A stretch of DNA of 64,000 nt from the NCBI RefSeq assembly GCF_902150065.1, contig NC_043996.1:24860745-24924744 (forward strand). Direction: 5' to 3'. The position numbers were made by a program, and so were the translations under genes. Source of the stretch: Myripristis murdjan. Lineage: Eukaryota. The notes beneath the pieces are model-generated. The model did not search any database. It saw only the letters and a program-made list of their open reading frames with translations, and was not told the origin of the DNA. This document shows, piece after piece, positions 24,677 through 39,700 of the stretch. Positions within the stretch are counted from its first letter, which is position 1. Every line of letters begins with the position of its first letter.

Positions 24677-27600
24677 AGCTACCTGATCTTTTCCACCAGA
24701 CAGGAGCTGTCCACCGTCAGGGCTGAAGGCCAGACAGGTGACCCCGCCGCTGTGGCCCCTCAGCATCGAAACCACAGTGGGGTCGACCCAAGGGTCAGGG
24801 GTCAGCTCTTCCACTGACCACAGAGCGATGGTGAAGTCATCTGAAGCATACAGAAATGTAATGAGTCGACCGCGTGATACTTTTTAGCAGTACGACAAGA
24901 ACAAAATTCATTCCTCACAGGAGCAGGTCTTTGTAAATTTACAAATGTCTTTTTCTCTTCTCATGAGTAAGACGACTTACCAGAGGCAGATGCCAGGTAG
25001 GAGGAGTTTTGGGCCAGTGCCAGGATGGGGCCTTGCTGCACCCCAAACTGTCCCATCAGCGCCAGGCCTCCCAGCATGCTCTGCCCTCCCGTTCTCCTCC
25101 ACACCCTCAGGTTCTTGTCTCCTCCACCCGACACCAGCAGCTCCGGACCCGCCTGCTCCTGTTCCACAGTCAGCCACATCAGGCACAGAACGGACACCCG
25201 CAGGTCCTCAGTGGCCCACGTCGTCTCACCTACAATCACATTAACTGCAATTATAATGTGTTTGTTTACACAGTACATCTTTTTTTTAATATACCTCCTG
25301 GCATGTATTTTTTAATGTGCCTCCTGGCATTTGATAAACAATCACAAGTAATTTGGTTATTATGATCAAGCAGCGAGAGACAAATATTAGAACGGCTGGA
25401 GCAGTCTGATGAGTTCAGAAAACTGCAACCCTTCACTGTAATTCAGCCTTTAAAACCAGGAAAAGGCAACATTTATGCCATTTTACGATGTTATTATTTC
25501 TAAAATCCCACACTATATTTAGTCTCAAATCACAATATGGGATATAATGTTAATATATTTCCCAGCCCTACTGAAAATCTGAATCAAACAGAGACTGTCT
25601 GGATGGATAGATTACACTGGCGGTAAGTGAGAAAATATCCTCTCTTTTTCTGATTTTGGGTGAACTGTTCCTTTAACCTGCTGACACACAAGCACGTCCA
25701 AAATCCGTGTCTGTGATTATGAACTTAACGGTCTACGCCAGCGCTGCTCCTGTGCAAGAACCTGAGAACATTTCCCCCTTTTCTCCCTTTACTTGTGATT
25801 CATTTGATTGTTTTTGTTCTGTATTCAGAGTGGTGAGTTTTAAACCTGACTTCCACACACACACACACACACACACACCTGACTCAAAGTTGAGCAGCTT
25901 GATGCCGTCACCATGGTAACCCACAGCGTAATATTCTCCGTTCCCCGCCACACAAAGAGCGGCAGGCTCCGAGGCCGTGGACTTGAGTTTCTTCTGTGGA
26001 GGTTCCTGATCGTACTAAAGGACCAAATTACAGGTGAGACTTGAGGATCGAATTTTCTAATGCGCTTTATATTTATTTAAAAATATTATAAAAAACAACA
26101 AAGGACTTAAATTCAGTGCTATTTGACCACAAATTTAATACTTTTAATTATTTGTACTTTTAATTATTTTTGTAAATGCAGGCTTTAGCTTACCTTGTCC
26201 TCTCCAAGCACATTCACTGAACAACCAAGTCCCCCTGACCAGAAGTGGATCTGTAGCAGAGAAAACAAAAGTCTGCATTTCACAAATCAGGTTTCATCGT
26301 GTGTGTAGACTCATTTGGGCCCGGCTCTGAGTGCGGATACATGTATTTCAGTCTTGCACACACGTCTAAAAAATACTCATGTATGTAAGTCTGCGCATGT
26401 ATACCAGGCTGGGAAAATTAAACACAGCCATTACCCAAATGTCACTCAGGTTTTTGCTGTGGCTGCCAGGTTTGTCAATTCTCTGGCAGGTAACTTTTTA
26501 GGTTCTCGTGTTCTCTACATGTGGCTGGTTAAACAGAGAACATATATGTCAAACATGGACAATTCCCCTCTGATTGTGTGCAGACAGTGTTGTCTCACCA
26601 TGTGATCAGCTCCGGCGCTCAGCAGTATGCTCCCTTCTTCCAGGAAGGTGAGGACCTCGGTGGCCCCGGTGTGAGCCTGGAAACGCCCCACGCAGGTGGA
26701 GGTCGGCACTGACCAAACCCTCACCTCGCCCGACAGACTGCCAGAGCACAGCATGGAGGACGAGGGAGAGAAGGAAAGACTCCGGACTGACCCCTCGTGA
26801 CCTGTCAGGGTCTGGGGGAGAGAGGAGAAGGGGGAGACAGAGGATGGAAAAGTGGTTGTACTGAAATAAGAAGCGAGTTTAAGCTTTTGGATGAAAAAAC
26901 AGCACAGAGTTTTAGTGGCAGGCGAGCTCCACAGCTGCTCTGGTAGAATAGCATCAGCCTGGAAGACTGACGAGATTTACCAACACAAGACTTTGTTTGG
27001 TGACACTTTATTTGAAATCCTCTCGATAAGACTGACATAACATTGTTGTAATCATAATATGATAGCAGCAACAATCAATATCTGACTGTTGTCATTAAGT
27101 ATCATTTGATCAATTATGTCACTTTCCTTTACAAAGCTATCATTTATGTTTGTCATGATAATTTGACATAACTGAGACAAAGTCAACTGTGCAAGGAAAG
27201 TGACGAAACTGACTGAATGACACCTAACAGTCAAATATTCCTGATGTTCATAAAAGCTATCATGTTATGGTTATGATGACGCCATGTCAGTCTTATGAAC
27301 ATAAGGTCAAATAAAGTGTTACTTTGTGTTTCATTTAATATTGACCTGTGAAGTTATTTTGTCAACGTTTTAGAAAAAGCTAGCATTTCATCCTAATAAT
27401 TCTCATCAAATATTATGGTGCTGTGTCGTCTGTTGCTCATGTTTACCACCCAGTTCCTCTTCTATTTATTCCAAACCAGCTGCTGCTGGTGCTGGAAATA
27501 CTTCACTTCCTGTGAGCCGGAGGATTTTTCCTCAGAAAAAAAATCTACCAGACAGCAAAAGTAGAAGACGCTGACTTTTGCTCTCTACAATAGTAACCAT

Positions 27601-30600
27601 TTCCTTGGTTCCTTGATTAAACTCACTGTCAGCATTTTGTTCTGGAGCCAGTTCCACACCATCACATCCCCGTTCCAGCAGCCAGCAGCGAGCAGGTGAC
27701 CTTCAGGGTCAAAGGTCACACAGTTCATCGGGCTGGAGCTGGGCATTGTTGCTACCTCATGATTTTTAGCAGAGGACCACACCTGGACAGCAGAGAGACA
27801 TTTTATATAATAAAGCACAGATAGAGTCAGTGCATAATAATAAATTATGTTAATATAATAACAAGAAGAAGAAGGAGAAGAAGAAGAAGAAGAGGAATTT
27901 ATTAGCATTAAAGTAACAATGTGTAGCGGCTGAATACTGACTTTCAGCATGAAGTCCAGGGACACTGTCGCAAGGTGCTTCCTGTCTGCACTGACATCAC
28001 TTCCTGTGATCATATTTGAGTGACCATCAATAAGAGCAGTCCTGCAAAGAGGAGAAACAGAGTTGAGTCAACATGACAGTTAAGTCAAACCACCTTAGCT
28101 CATCTGGAGAAATCTCTAGGAATAAATGTTAAGAAGAAATGTTAAGAAGAGGGTTTTTGTGAACTCTCCTTCCGTCCCTCCTCTCACCTGCAGCCGTTCT
28201 CGATGTCCCACGTCTCTATTCGTCCGTCAAAAGAGGTGGTAGCAAGAAGGACGTCGCTCAGGAAGAGACAGTTAGAGATGCCATCACAGTTGCTCACCAG
28301 TGACCTCACTTCCTGCTCATCACAGAAAGATGATTTTTTTAGACAGATGATATTGTTGTACAAGGCTGTCCATTTCCTATCAGAGTCACTTTGTTCACCC
28401 AGTGCACTAAATTCACAGGAATTTGTCTTGGTAGCATTGGAAAAAAGACACCAACAGCAACTAATGTCGTATAATAATCATAAGATGTAAAGCATACAAC
28501 AGCTAAGTGATTGTCCTCTGGTCTTACACAGAAACTATGAATATAAACCACCAAGTTTAAGAGGTTACAAATTAAAATACATGATCAAGAACACGTAGAA
28601 TGAGGAAAATATAACAGTAAGCTTCTTTTGGAGAAAGAAATGATGAAATCCTGGGAGGAATCTGAAACAAAAAGGTGTTCGTACCTGTCCAGTCTTTGTG
28701 TGGATGAAGTGAAGAGTCCCCTGTCCAGTACCAACCACCATCAGGCCTCCGTCCGGGCTCGCCGCCACACACGTCGGTTCAGAGGAGAAGGTTGACACCA
28801 GCTCACTGGGTGGAAACACACGTCATCAATAACACTTTACGTCAATGTCATACTAGGCTTATAGAGCTGAAAAGACACAAAAAAGTCTTATAACGTTGAG
28901 CTAAAGGACATTTTCAATGCTCAGCTGGATTTATCAAAGACTTCTTTACATTGCACCGTAATCACAGAATCATTAACTGCATCTTGAAAACAGCCTGCTC
29001 ACCTGCCCCGTAGCAGATTTTGAGTGTCGTTGTTCAGCCACTGAACAACCCGGGCGCCTCCGTGTCCCTTCAGGCCTTGTGCCCAGGTGTGGGCAGAGGT
29101 GTGGGGAGCCTCGCTGAGGGCCTGCTGGATGAAGAGGGCTGGCCAGGAGGACAGGAGGATGGCATGACGCCGCAGGAAACCCCAGCACTCCTGCAGATCC
29201 TTCTGGCTGGGAGCTGAGAGGACAGCGAACAGAATAACCACAGGAAATGAGAAAGTCCCAGTGTCTAGCTGGAAATTGTGTTCACTGTATGTTTTGAGAG
29301 AGGTAATAAAACACACACAAGCAGGTAGACATCAACAGTCATACACACACAAACCACCATACCTGAGGGTGTCGATTCTCTCTTCTTGTCTGCAGAAAAG
29401 ACAGAATGACTCAGGATGAGAGCCTGTGCATTTTTTGGTTCAACCATCATTCCTCCAAGGGCAGTTTACTGAAGTTTCTTTTCAGCAACACATTGCTCCA
29501 TATCCATACAGATGTACAAAATTATACACATGCAAAGGATACGATTTTGCATATAAAGACGACTCCAGCTAATGAGATATTAGTGCCATAACAGTGATTA
29601 TGATATGATCCAGTAACTCAGAAAACCCAAAAAAATCCTCTTGTTCCATATTGTGTTGCTCTTTTATTTGGATCCAACTACAAAAAGCAATAAATAGAGC
29701 AATACATTTGTAGCATTTCTCTTTTATTTTGGTGCAAATGAAAGCAATACATATGGAGTGAGAGTCTGTGGCATTTCTTCTGTTTTCCAAGTGTAGTTCT
29801 GATGATCAATACCTCGAGATTATCCTCAGTGTACGTTACGTTTCCATTATGCTCCAGTAACTCACCATACAGGCTGTAAATCTCCAGGATGTGGTGAAGG
29901 AGGCCGTGGCGCACATTAGCATACAGGAAGTAGTAACTGGAGAGCAGGGAGTAGAGTGCCTCCAACTGGTCACTTCCCATCTAACCAAAGCCAAATGCAA
30001 ACAGCCAAAGTTACAGAATGTAAAGTAAGTGTCATTGACTGTGTTCCTGTGGAGGATTTGTCTGAGCCATTGAAGTTTTACGTTACCTGAACAAGGAAAA
30101 GGTGTTTCTCTGTGTACGTGCAAAGCTTGCATCTTTATAACTATAACTCCTCCTGTAGGATTTTGTCCATGTATTTTTTGCAATTAATAATTACTTTTAC
30201 ATATTGTGAGAGGCCTGTCTTCTTTTTAAAAAGTCTCTGCTGCAAATGCCACTTATCATACACTATTTATTTTACTATTTATTTATACTCCTAACACTGT
30301 GCAATCTTATCAATGATGGACTAAATGTGGTTTTTAATGTGTGTTTATGTGCACTTTAAGGCATTGCCTCTAATTTTGTTGTACTACATGTATAATGACA
30401 ATAAATTTGATTCTGATTATGATTCAGAAATATTGAATTTTGTGATCAAACTTTATCTTTATATACATTTAAGATCTTGACGGACAAAGTCGTTTCATTT
30501 CATACCATTGGTGAGGATAATGAAAGCTTTGTATTGTTTAAAGCCTGTAACATCTATGTGCTGGGTGGTGATGAACGTTTACTGACCAGGTGGGACGGCA

Positions 30601-33600
30601 GGTGCATGATGGAACTGGCCTCACAGTGGAGGAAGGTATCGGCTCCCTGGGGATCTGCCAGTGCCCACAGATGAGCTGTGGAGCAAAAAAATAAGTGTGG
30701 TGATACAAGAAAGAGAAACGGGTCTCTAAAATAAACCTTAAATTATGATTTTTGATGATACAAGCAAACTGTGCGTGCACTTTACCTGACAACACAAGAT
30801 GAGCTCTGGTTCTGTCCCGTTCTGCCGGGAGGAGGAACTCCTCAAAGGCCCGCCTCACCTCCGGATGGGTCAGAGCCAGCAGGTCGTCAGGCCCGTGGCT
30901 GTGGGACGGACCAACCAGGCTGCAAATGAGAACCGAATATATTTTAAATTTCTACTTCTGTAGGATTTTGTCCATGTTTTTACTCACACATCAGTATATC
31001 TCAATGATTCAAACAGTTTGTGTTGTACATCAATATACAGAATATTCAGGGCTGCGATAAAAAACACAAACCCTCAGGAAAAAGGCAAGGAAATCTTTCT
31101 TTTTCCAGTTCATAATTACCGTTGCATATTGTGAAAAGCCTGTCTTCTTTTTTAAATTTTAAACTGAATTTCAGCTTATTGCACATGGTGACAATGACCA
31201 CTTTAAGTCTCAAGAGCAATGGAAAAAAACAAAAAACTGAAATCCTCCAATCAAAAAATGAAAACTAAATTTATTGCATACTACAGAAAGATGAAAGACA
31301 AAAAAAGACACATTTACTATATGTTATGTGGTGGATTTTTATGTAAATATATTGTGAGATTTCACAGCAGTTTCATGATGTCGGAGATTAAGTGCAGCCA
31401 AAGGTGTTAAGAATTAAAACCCCTAAATGCTCCGGGGGACACACACACCTCTGTAAACTCTGCACAATATGGGTGAAAGTTGCCATGGGAACGCGTCCTC
31501 TTGGCTTCCTGGACAGGTGCAGCACTTCCTCCCATGTGACCTGCTCGCTGCGTGAGAACAGTTCGTTGCAAATGTTCAGCATGCCGTACAGGTCTCTCTC
31601 CCTCAGGCCTGTGAGTCAGGAGAGGAAAAAAAAAAAAGTCACTTCAGTGTCCTCCTCGAGTTGAGACGCTTATCAGACGGCATCATGTGACTCATTTCGC
31701 TCATATGAAAACACCTTTCTGACTCAGGTGTGGTTAGATATCTGATGTGACTTTGTATGTCTTACCGGCAGCGCTGACGGTGAGCGCCGCGAGGGCCGAG
31801 CGGAGCCCCACCACTCCTCTGTACTGGGAGCACAGCCTGTCCAGACTGTACTGCACCAGCTGGGTGAGAGACTGCGGCAGGCTCTGGATGCTCTCCTTCA
31901 GCTGATACACGACACAGACACCACCATCACCAAGTTACAGTTTGCCTCAGTGTGCACACAAAGCTACTTCATTTCACTCTACATCACCTTGTCAATCAAT
32001 CCTCTCATGCAACATATACATTATGTCAAGATAGGACTGCAACTGATGATTATTTTCATGGCTGATTAATCTATCAGTTAATTTGTCAGTTGGTCGATTA
32101 TTCATTTTATCTATCAAACGTCAAAAAAGTGTGAGAAATGCCCAGCCCAAGTTACCAGGCCTCAAATAAGATCACAAAATTGCTACCTTAGTCTAATCAG
32201 CAGCCATAAAAATATGAAAGTATTAAATTTCTTAGACTTTTTGAAGCTTTAACCATAAAATGTTTGGTATTTTTTTTACTACATAAGTGACTAAAATGAT
32301 TCATGGACTATCAAAGTTACCCCGGCTTTTTTTTTTTTTGGTCAAGTAATGGATTAATCAGCGACTTGTTTTTGTTTATTTGATAGAAATATTAACATTT
32401 CATGAAGAGAGCCTCTTCAGCTGCATAAATAAGCTCATTGGTTGAGATAATCCTTCATGGGCAGAGTCGCGGAACCACAGTTTGTTTGTGTGTGAAGGCA
32501 GTTTACTGGGAAACTAAAGAGAGGCAAAGAAAAAACCCTGGTCAAAACATGAATAAAAAATAAAGATGGCCTGGACTTTTATTTTCTTTCATTCATGACA
32601 TTGTAAAATTTTGTCAAGATGTCAGAGGGTTTGGTCGGCTCAGTCAAAAAAGGAATAAGGGTTTGGTTTTTGTTTGTTTTTTGGCTCTGTCCACTTAGTT
32701 TTAACTCAACCAGTAAGATTACGTCAGCAGCTCTGTTTTTGAGAAAGGATTGTATGATAAAAACTCTGATAAAAAAAAAAAAAAGATTGAGCCAGTACCA
32801 ACACTGTCATGGGATAAGACTAGGGATTAAATTCCCTCTGGGGTCATACATGCTATAAATGCATACACTTATTGTTTTCTAAGTAGTTTTTAATAAAGTC
32901 TCCATCAAATTGAATTGAATAGAATAGAATAGAATAGAACAGACCTTGTCAAAGGAGGCAAATTTCCTCAGGTCGTCACAGGCCAGGTGCAGGTAGAGAG
33001 GGCTCACCGCTCCCTTCTTCATCATCAGCGTCTGCAGCTGGACGAGCACAGAGAGAAAACACTCAGGATGTATCAACAACATGAATAATCAGCTAATAAG
33101 AAACAATATTGGATAGATTTTTTTAAAAAAAGTACCGGTACTTTTCAAAGTCTGACACTGTGAGCCTGCCCTTGGGCAATGCTTAGAAAAAGTTACAACC
33201 CTTACCTTAGCCTGTTTATAAATGTCTATGGGATCATGCAGCTGCTATTTTATCCCATATTTATTCAGCAATTGAGGTAAGTTAGGCTCATACTTCTGTT
33301 CGACATAACTCCAAACTGCACCCAAGTCCACCAACTATAAAGGCATCTATTGGTTAGTCTGACTCTGTGTGAATTGGAGTAATATTACATCCCTGATAAC
33401 TATCGCTAAACTATTTCTTTTTCTGTGTCAATCTCCGAGTTTAACCTGAAACTGTGTGGTGCCCCCTGAGGAGGCTGACCTCAGGCATTGAAAACCTCTG
33501 GATTAAAACATTCAGAACAACTTGAAGAAAATAATTTTTTTAGAGTAATGAGTCAGGAGCAAATTATTCCAATTTTGAGTGTTGGGTATTAAATAGAAAA

Positions 33601-36600
33601 GTAAGATTTGTTGATTCAAAACACCAAACCGCCATATAATCCAACCACACATGAAAAGACTGTTTATTGACAATCAAAGTTGCCTGTGTAGGTTAGAAAA
33701 ATGCTGAGGAACCTGGTTGTTGAATGCAGAGTCACTGAGTTTCTTCCCAAAGGCGTCCAGCTGCTTCTGCACAATCTCCTTCCGGTCCGGCACAGAGAGC
33801 TGGCCCAGGGCGAACAGCACGGCCCCTCGCTTCTTGGAAAGGGTTTGCAAGAGAGCCGAACTGGACTTGACACTTACTGCCAAACACACACCCTGACAAG
33901 AGGAAGGGAAGACGGGCTTCACCACATGTCCTCACAATCAACAGATTCAACATCACCTCAGCTGCATGCAGTTACAGATCCATGACTGCCTGCATATGCA
34001 ACTGGACACAATAACATGGTGAAATCAGCTTAGTGCATCGTTCATAATGATAAACAAGGGGAGTGGTGTGGATTGGAAAAAAAATTGTCAAGGTACAATC
34101 TCATGTTTTAAGTTGATTTTCTGCTCTGTTTATGAAAATGACTGACCTGTGGAAGCTGCTGTGGTATCCAATCAGAGTTGAGCTGACCCCTGCCATCTCG
34201 GACAAGCTCCGCCCCGTCAACCAGCAGGACCAGCGGTTGGTCCTTTTTGATGTCACTCAACTTGGTGTGAAATTCTGCCAGTAAATCTCTGAAAAATAAA
34301 AAAAAGACATGAAAAATGACATAAGCCTTGACCAGTTGGAAGAAATCTCTTAAGACACTGAAGGAGCAGATTGCATTACTTGTAAGATAAGGGAAGAGGA
34401 GGCTCCTCCTCAGTGTCCTTCCTTCTCCTCAGCCAGTGGACGAGGCATCGCAGGAGGTTCTCCACGGACCGTGCAGACTGGCTAGCCGCCGTAGAGTAGG
34501 AGATGACATCACAGCCCAGTTTTCTCTTGGACTTATCGCCCATCCTGAGGGCGTTTGCTAAAGCAGCCTGCAAAGGAAAAAAGGAAAATGAGCTGGAAAG
34601 TGATACGGCAAATGGTCTATGCATGTGTTTTAGTGACAAAGAAATGTCATCAATAAATTCATGTCAGTTATTTTGCTTTGATACCAGCTGGTATACAGAT
34701 ATGACTCACCTGTTGACCTGTAACTGTAATTGAAAGGACCACACCAGTGATTGTGCATGTTTGACCTAATATCATCATAATCAACGGTTTCAAAGGCACT
34801 AAGATCTAAAAGCGCGAAAATTGATGTCTTGCCTAAATCAGTACGAAAATATTTATCATTTAAAACCTTTATTAGAGCAGGTTCAGTGTTGTGGTTGGCA
34901 TGAGAGCCTGACTAAATTTGTCAAAATAGTAGTTTTAAAATCAGGAATTATGTTGCATGATTTCCAAATTGGTTTGCTGCATGGTAAATTGTAGTGAACA
35001 GGCCTAACATTTAAAATCGGTGCTAATGGTCTTTTAATTATTGCAAAGTTACACTCTACTGCCCTGAATACATCCCGTACATCCGGTCCACAGCATGAGT
35101 GAGAGCAGTATTTTTACCATGAAGACAGTTTTGCCCTCTCCGGGAGCTCCCTCCACCAGCATCAGGCCTCCTTTTCCCTGGACGTCCTGGACTTTCTCCA
35201 CAGCCGCAGCCAGCAGCTTGGCCCTGCCGTAGAACTGCCTCTGCTGCGCCCCCTGGTGGACCTCCTGCTCGCTCACGTCCGACGCGGCCTCTGCGTCATC
35301 GCCATCCTGCTGATCGGAGAACAAACTGAGTAAATGAGATACCAAAATCTGCCCAGGAAAACTGTATAGTCTGAGTGAATAGGCCAGTAAAGGCCCGGTA
35401 TTAGTTAAAATCTTCTTAAATAACTTTTGGCCAAGACATAAGAGTCCATATGAATTTAAATTTCACTAGTAGTTTGGGACTCTGACATTCGCAAAGATCA
35501 GTTTGATTGATGTGAAGTTTGGTGGTTAGGTTTAAAAATAATGGAGTCATCAAAGAAACTAACTTCAACAAAGATCTTCTTCACAGCCGTCCAGAGGTCT
35601 TCCAGCACTGTCTTGGCAAAGTCCTCCAGGCCTTTCAGATAGGGCTTCCCCTCCATAACACCCCCCCACTCACACGGGTAACTGGAATAGACACAAAGAC
35701 ATTTTGGCTTTGGAAAAATGCTGCTCCTTAAAATTCACCAGTTAATATTCTGGTAATTTAGATGACCTCAGTCTAAAATAGGATTATTTTTAAGGTATCC
35801 TGGTGGATCAGTTGGCTAAGACACATAATATAACCACAACATCCACGATTCAAATATAGCCAAGGACCTTTGTGGCATGTCAGAAGAGTCATAAACATTT
35901 TTTTTTGTAACCAAGAGGCCTGAGATGACTTTTTTCCCCCCAAATAGTGGCTATCTCACATTTGTCGTGTCGTGTCATTTTGTGAGAGTTACTGGATGGT
36001 TAATTAACTCTTAATCAGTGCCATTTTATCACACCAAGATAATGTGCCGTTCGCTCTCCTGGATCCACCTGTTAATGAAATAATTTAGCTTGTTTGCAAC
36101 ACCCTGGATGATAGGATGTTTGAATGGGGTAAATTTGAAAATGTTGTGCCGACTGCTTTAATTCCAATGCTTCTCTGCAAAAAGCATGTGGCGAAGATGA
36201 CAGAGTACTCACTTCTCAGTGACTTTCACATCACTGACCCGTATCCTCTTCTTTAGATCAGCCATTTTAGCTTCCGCCTCCTTTGACTCAGGGGCAAAAT
36301 CTGATCTCCACGCCACAGGAACTGACCTGAGACAGTAAAAAACAGCTTAGGGACTAGCCGTACACAAGATATTTATTCATTTTTTCAAAGTAGGCATTAA
36401 AAAGTGGATAATTGTCTAGAAATTGTGACAGTGTGAATATGGGTATGGCGTACTTGATGAGGTTTGGATCCCTGAAGTAGCAGAACATTCGTTGGTGAGC
36501 CGAGTCTGGGAACAGAGCCTGGAACTGACGCATCTCCATCTCCGTGATGGACAGGCCGTCCGGAGCCGAATCCAGCTGCACAGAAACAATGAAGCTAAGC

Positions 36601-36710
36601 TTCTGTTATCACATTTAAAAAGAGGCATTGCTTTACACCCAAAAATTATCAGACATAGTTCATCCTTTTTGGAGCACTAATTTTTACCTCTCAGCATAAG
36701 TTCTTGCTTA

Positions 36711-36746
<36 letters not shown>

Positions 36747-39700
36747 ATGAATTGATTTGCACAAAACTTTGCAGAAAGGTTATTCATGGGACAGGAGAGA
36801 ACTGATAAACCTTTCATATCAATTGGCCAAAGGGGGCTTAACAGTGGGTGTAGGCTCTTACTAATAAGACATAACCTCTGAATGGATTCATTCACAACAT
36901 GAAACTCTGTGAACAGCAGACATAAGAAGTGACAAATCCTCCATTATTGGCCCAACCAAATGATATGGAGGCACTGGAGTGCTCATGTCCAGTTTAGACA
37001 TAATCACCCTGACACGTTTTCCAATTTGCTCCCGTGGTGGAATTGCAGCCCTGATGGCCACAGAACTAAAATGTTTAAAATTGTGTAATGTAATGTGAAA
37101 CTAATGGGGCATGCAAGAAACTAACTTTTGGTGAAAATGCAAAAAATGGACGTGGCCTATGTTGACAACTGCAAAGGACTGGTGAAGATCATGGCTCAGT
37201 GCCATTTAGTTTCTCTTTTGTTACATTTAATTATTTAGGTCCTGTTATTAACTCATAAGAACTTGTGATGAATTTACCTTGCACATAAATTCTGCTTCAT
37301 TTCACTAAAAGGCTGGATTCTTGTTTATTCTACATTTCAATAAAAAGAGCTCCTGGACATAATAAAGAAGCATTAATACTAAATTTAAGGACTGCATAAA
37401 AAGCAGCTCCACTATTGTATGCAGTGCACAACTGACTCTTCATTCTTACTGTATGCAGCAGCCAATTATACTGAAACAGAATTTACTTACTTAATTATCC
37501 CTGAAAACAGTAATCACACAGTCCTGATTTATTCTTGTTAATTTACTGTCATAATGCCAAGTCTCACCCAGCTGTACTGTGGCAGGTCGGGCAGGGCCGG
37601 TCGGGGCGGCACCAGGCCATATCTCTCACCCAGGATGCCGACCAGCATATGGCTGCGACACACCTCAGACAGACACAGCTCGGTGGCCCGACCCGACTCC
37701 TCCTCTGTCACACCCCAGCGCAGTTCCACCTCCTGCAGGTAGAGGCAGTGTGGTGCAGCGCGGCGCCGCAGCTCCGGGAAGACGGCGCGCACCAAGACAT
37801 CGCGCTCTGCGTGCATGTCTCTGAAGGTGGAGGAGATAAAGACACGTACGCCTCGCCACCTGAGGGAGGGAAGGATCGAGAAATATCATAAAAGCTGTGG
37901 AGAGTGCGAGTTATAAGTCAACAGAGAGTCAACAAGTTCAAATTGCACTCGTACGTTACATTGATTTTATTAACTCTGCTAAGAAGTTCATGTTTTTGCC
38001 CTGTTAGTTTGTTTTTCTCTCAGCAGGATATCTCAAAAATGTATCGACGGATTTCCATTAAATTGATGGCTGGAAGGTCTTTGGTTTAGGAGCAATTGTT
38101 GACTTTTTAAGAGACTTGATTCCAAATCCCAAGTTTGCAGGGTCAAGAAATCATCTTCTCTTAAAAGTTAAGTGAGTGGAGTGATGGCTTTGGGTATAAT
38201 AATAAGTTGGCTGTTCAGCGTTGGTAGAGATTGTGCTTTCCAAGTGCCTTGTGGCATACTCTTATCTTAATGAGACGAGCACACTGTTTACCGTGGAGAA
38301 AAGGTTACCTTAAACTGGGGCTGGCTGGTATCGGGGTGATGGTGGTGGTGGTCTGGGGCTTGTTGGCTCCCTGAGGTGGGGGGATGTTGTGCAGTTTGTC
38401 TAAATGCTCCACATGGTCCAGCAGTCTGGATGATCCCCGCTCTGCCACAAACCTGAACACGCAGAAAAACAATGGTGAGCAAAAAAAACACTGCCATTTA
38501 TCCACAAAGTTTTAGCATCACGGCAAAACAAAGGGAGTTTATTCTCATGGACTTTCCTGAGGTCTGAGCTCAGTGTTTTGGATCTTTCTGTCATTTAGAT
38601 CGATGTGTTTGGCAGAGTATGAACAACTGAATATTTTACCTGAGCATTTGCTCACTGAAGCCCGACAGCGTCACATGGTTCCTGTCTTTGGCGGACTCTG
38701 CAGGGCTATCACAAATAAACAGAAGAATAAACAAACTCAACATGTGTGTGTTCACAACAAGGAAGGAAACATCCAATAGGTAAATTTTGTTTGTGGCTGA
38801 TAAGTTCCTCTTCCACTTCTGAAGGTAAACAGCAGTCACTGTTATTTTTTCCCTGCCATCCTGATGGTTAAGTGGTCTAAGCCTTCGACTCTCGGCTCAC
38901 AGCATGGCAGCGTGACACGGGTTTGCCTCAGAGCTTGAGACTAAGAGCGTCCTGCCGTCCCAGGGCGAAAAAAAAAATGTGTTGGGACGAACAAACGTCT
39001 CCCTTGGGACGCTTCAGGGACGAAAAGGGAATTCAGGGATTTTAGCATCATTGTTATTATTTACCTATCTCTGAGGAAATGATAAATTGGATCGACTGCA
39101 CATCGATAGCAGCTACTACCAGCAGGATGTCTTGAGAAAGATTCTTGAAACCAAAACATCGACTGACTCGCTTGAATAATCAATGCAGAGGTGAAAAAAG
39201 TGGGTGGGAATTGGATTTTCTCTTTGGAAAACTTCCAAAGCTGTCATTTTATATCAATATCAAACAGAAAAAAGCAAACTTTAGCATTTATGAAGCTGTA
39301 ACCGTCAAATGTTTGATATTTTACCTCACAAATAAAGCTATTAATTGATTATTAGAAGTATGGTTCTCTGTATCAATCAACTAACAGATTCATTGGTTTC
39401 AGGTCACTTTAATGTATAGCACCTGCATTCTGTATGTGTGACTAAAGAGCTTGTTACCGCTCTGAGAGGAAGATTTCCACCAGAAGCGCCTTATCATTCA
39501 CATTCTTCCTGTAGTTGTTGATGGCCCATTGGATTTCGGGATGAATCCAATTATCAGTCAATACAATGATGTTGTCCACCTGAGTAGCACACACACAAAA
39601 AAAGAAATCTTCCAAAACAGCAGTTCACACATTTTTTGGCACATGACCTCAAAGAAAAAACTAGAGGGACTATCAGACACTTTCAACTTATCAGAAATCA

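Noticed and set aside
27861-27895. (GAA/GAAGAA)n run that could encode a K/E-rich peptide
   Set aside because: It lies inside a tep1 intron between well-supported splice sites. There is no frame continuity with neighbouring exons.
27585-28013. 142-aa minus ORF as one exon
   Set aside because: It spans two real tep1 exons (27942..28041 and 27627..27782) plus an in-frame intron containing a (GAA)n run. The intron part (KVSIQPLHIV..SSSSSSSPSSS..YY) has no TEP1 counterpart and is bounded by a GTCAGT donor and a CAG acceptor.
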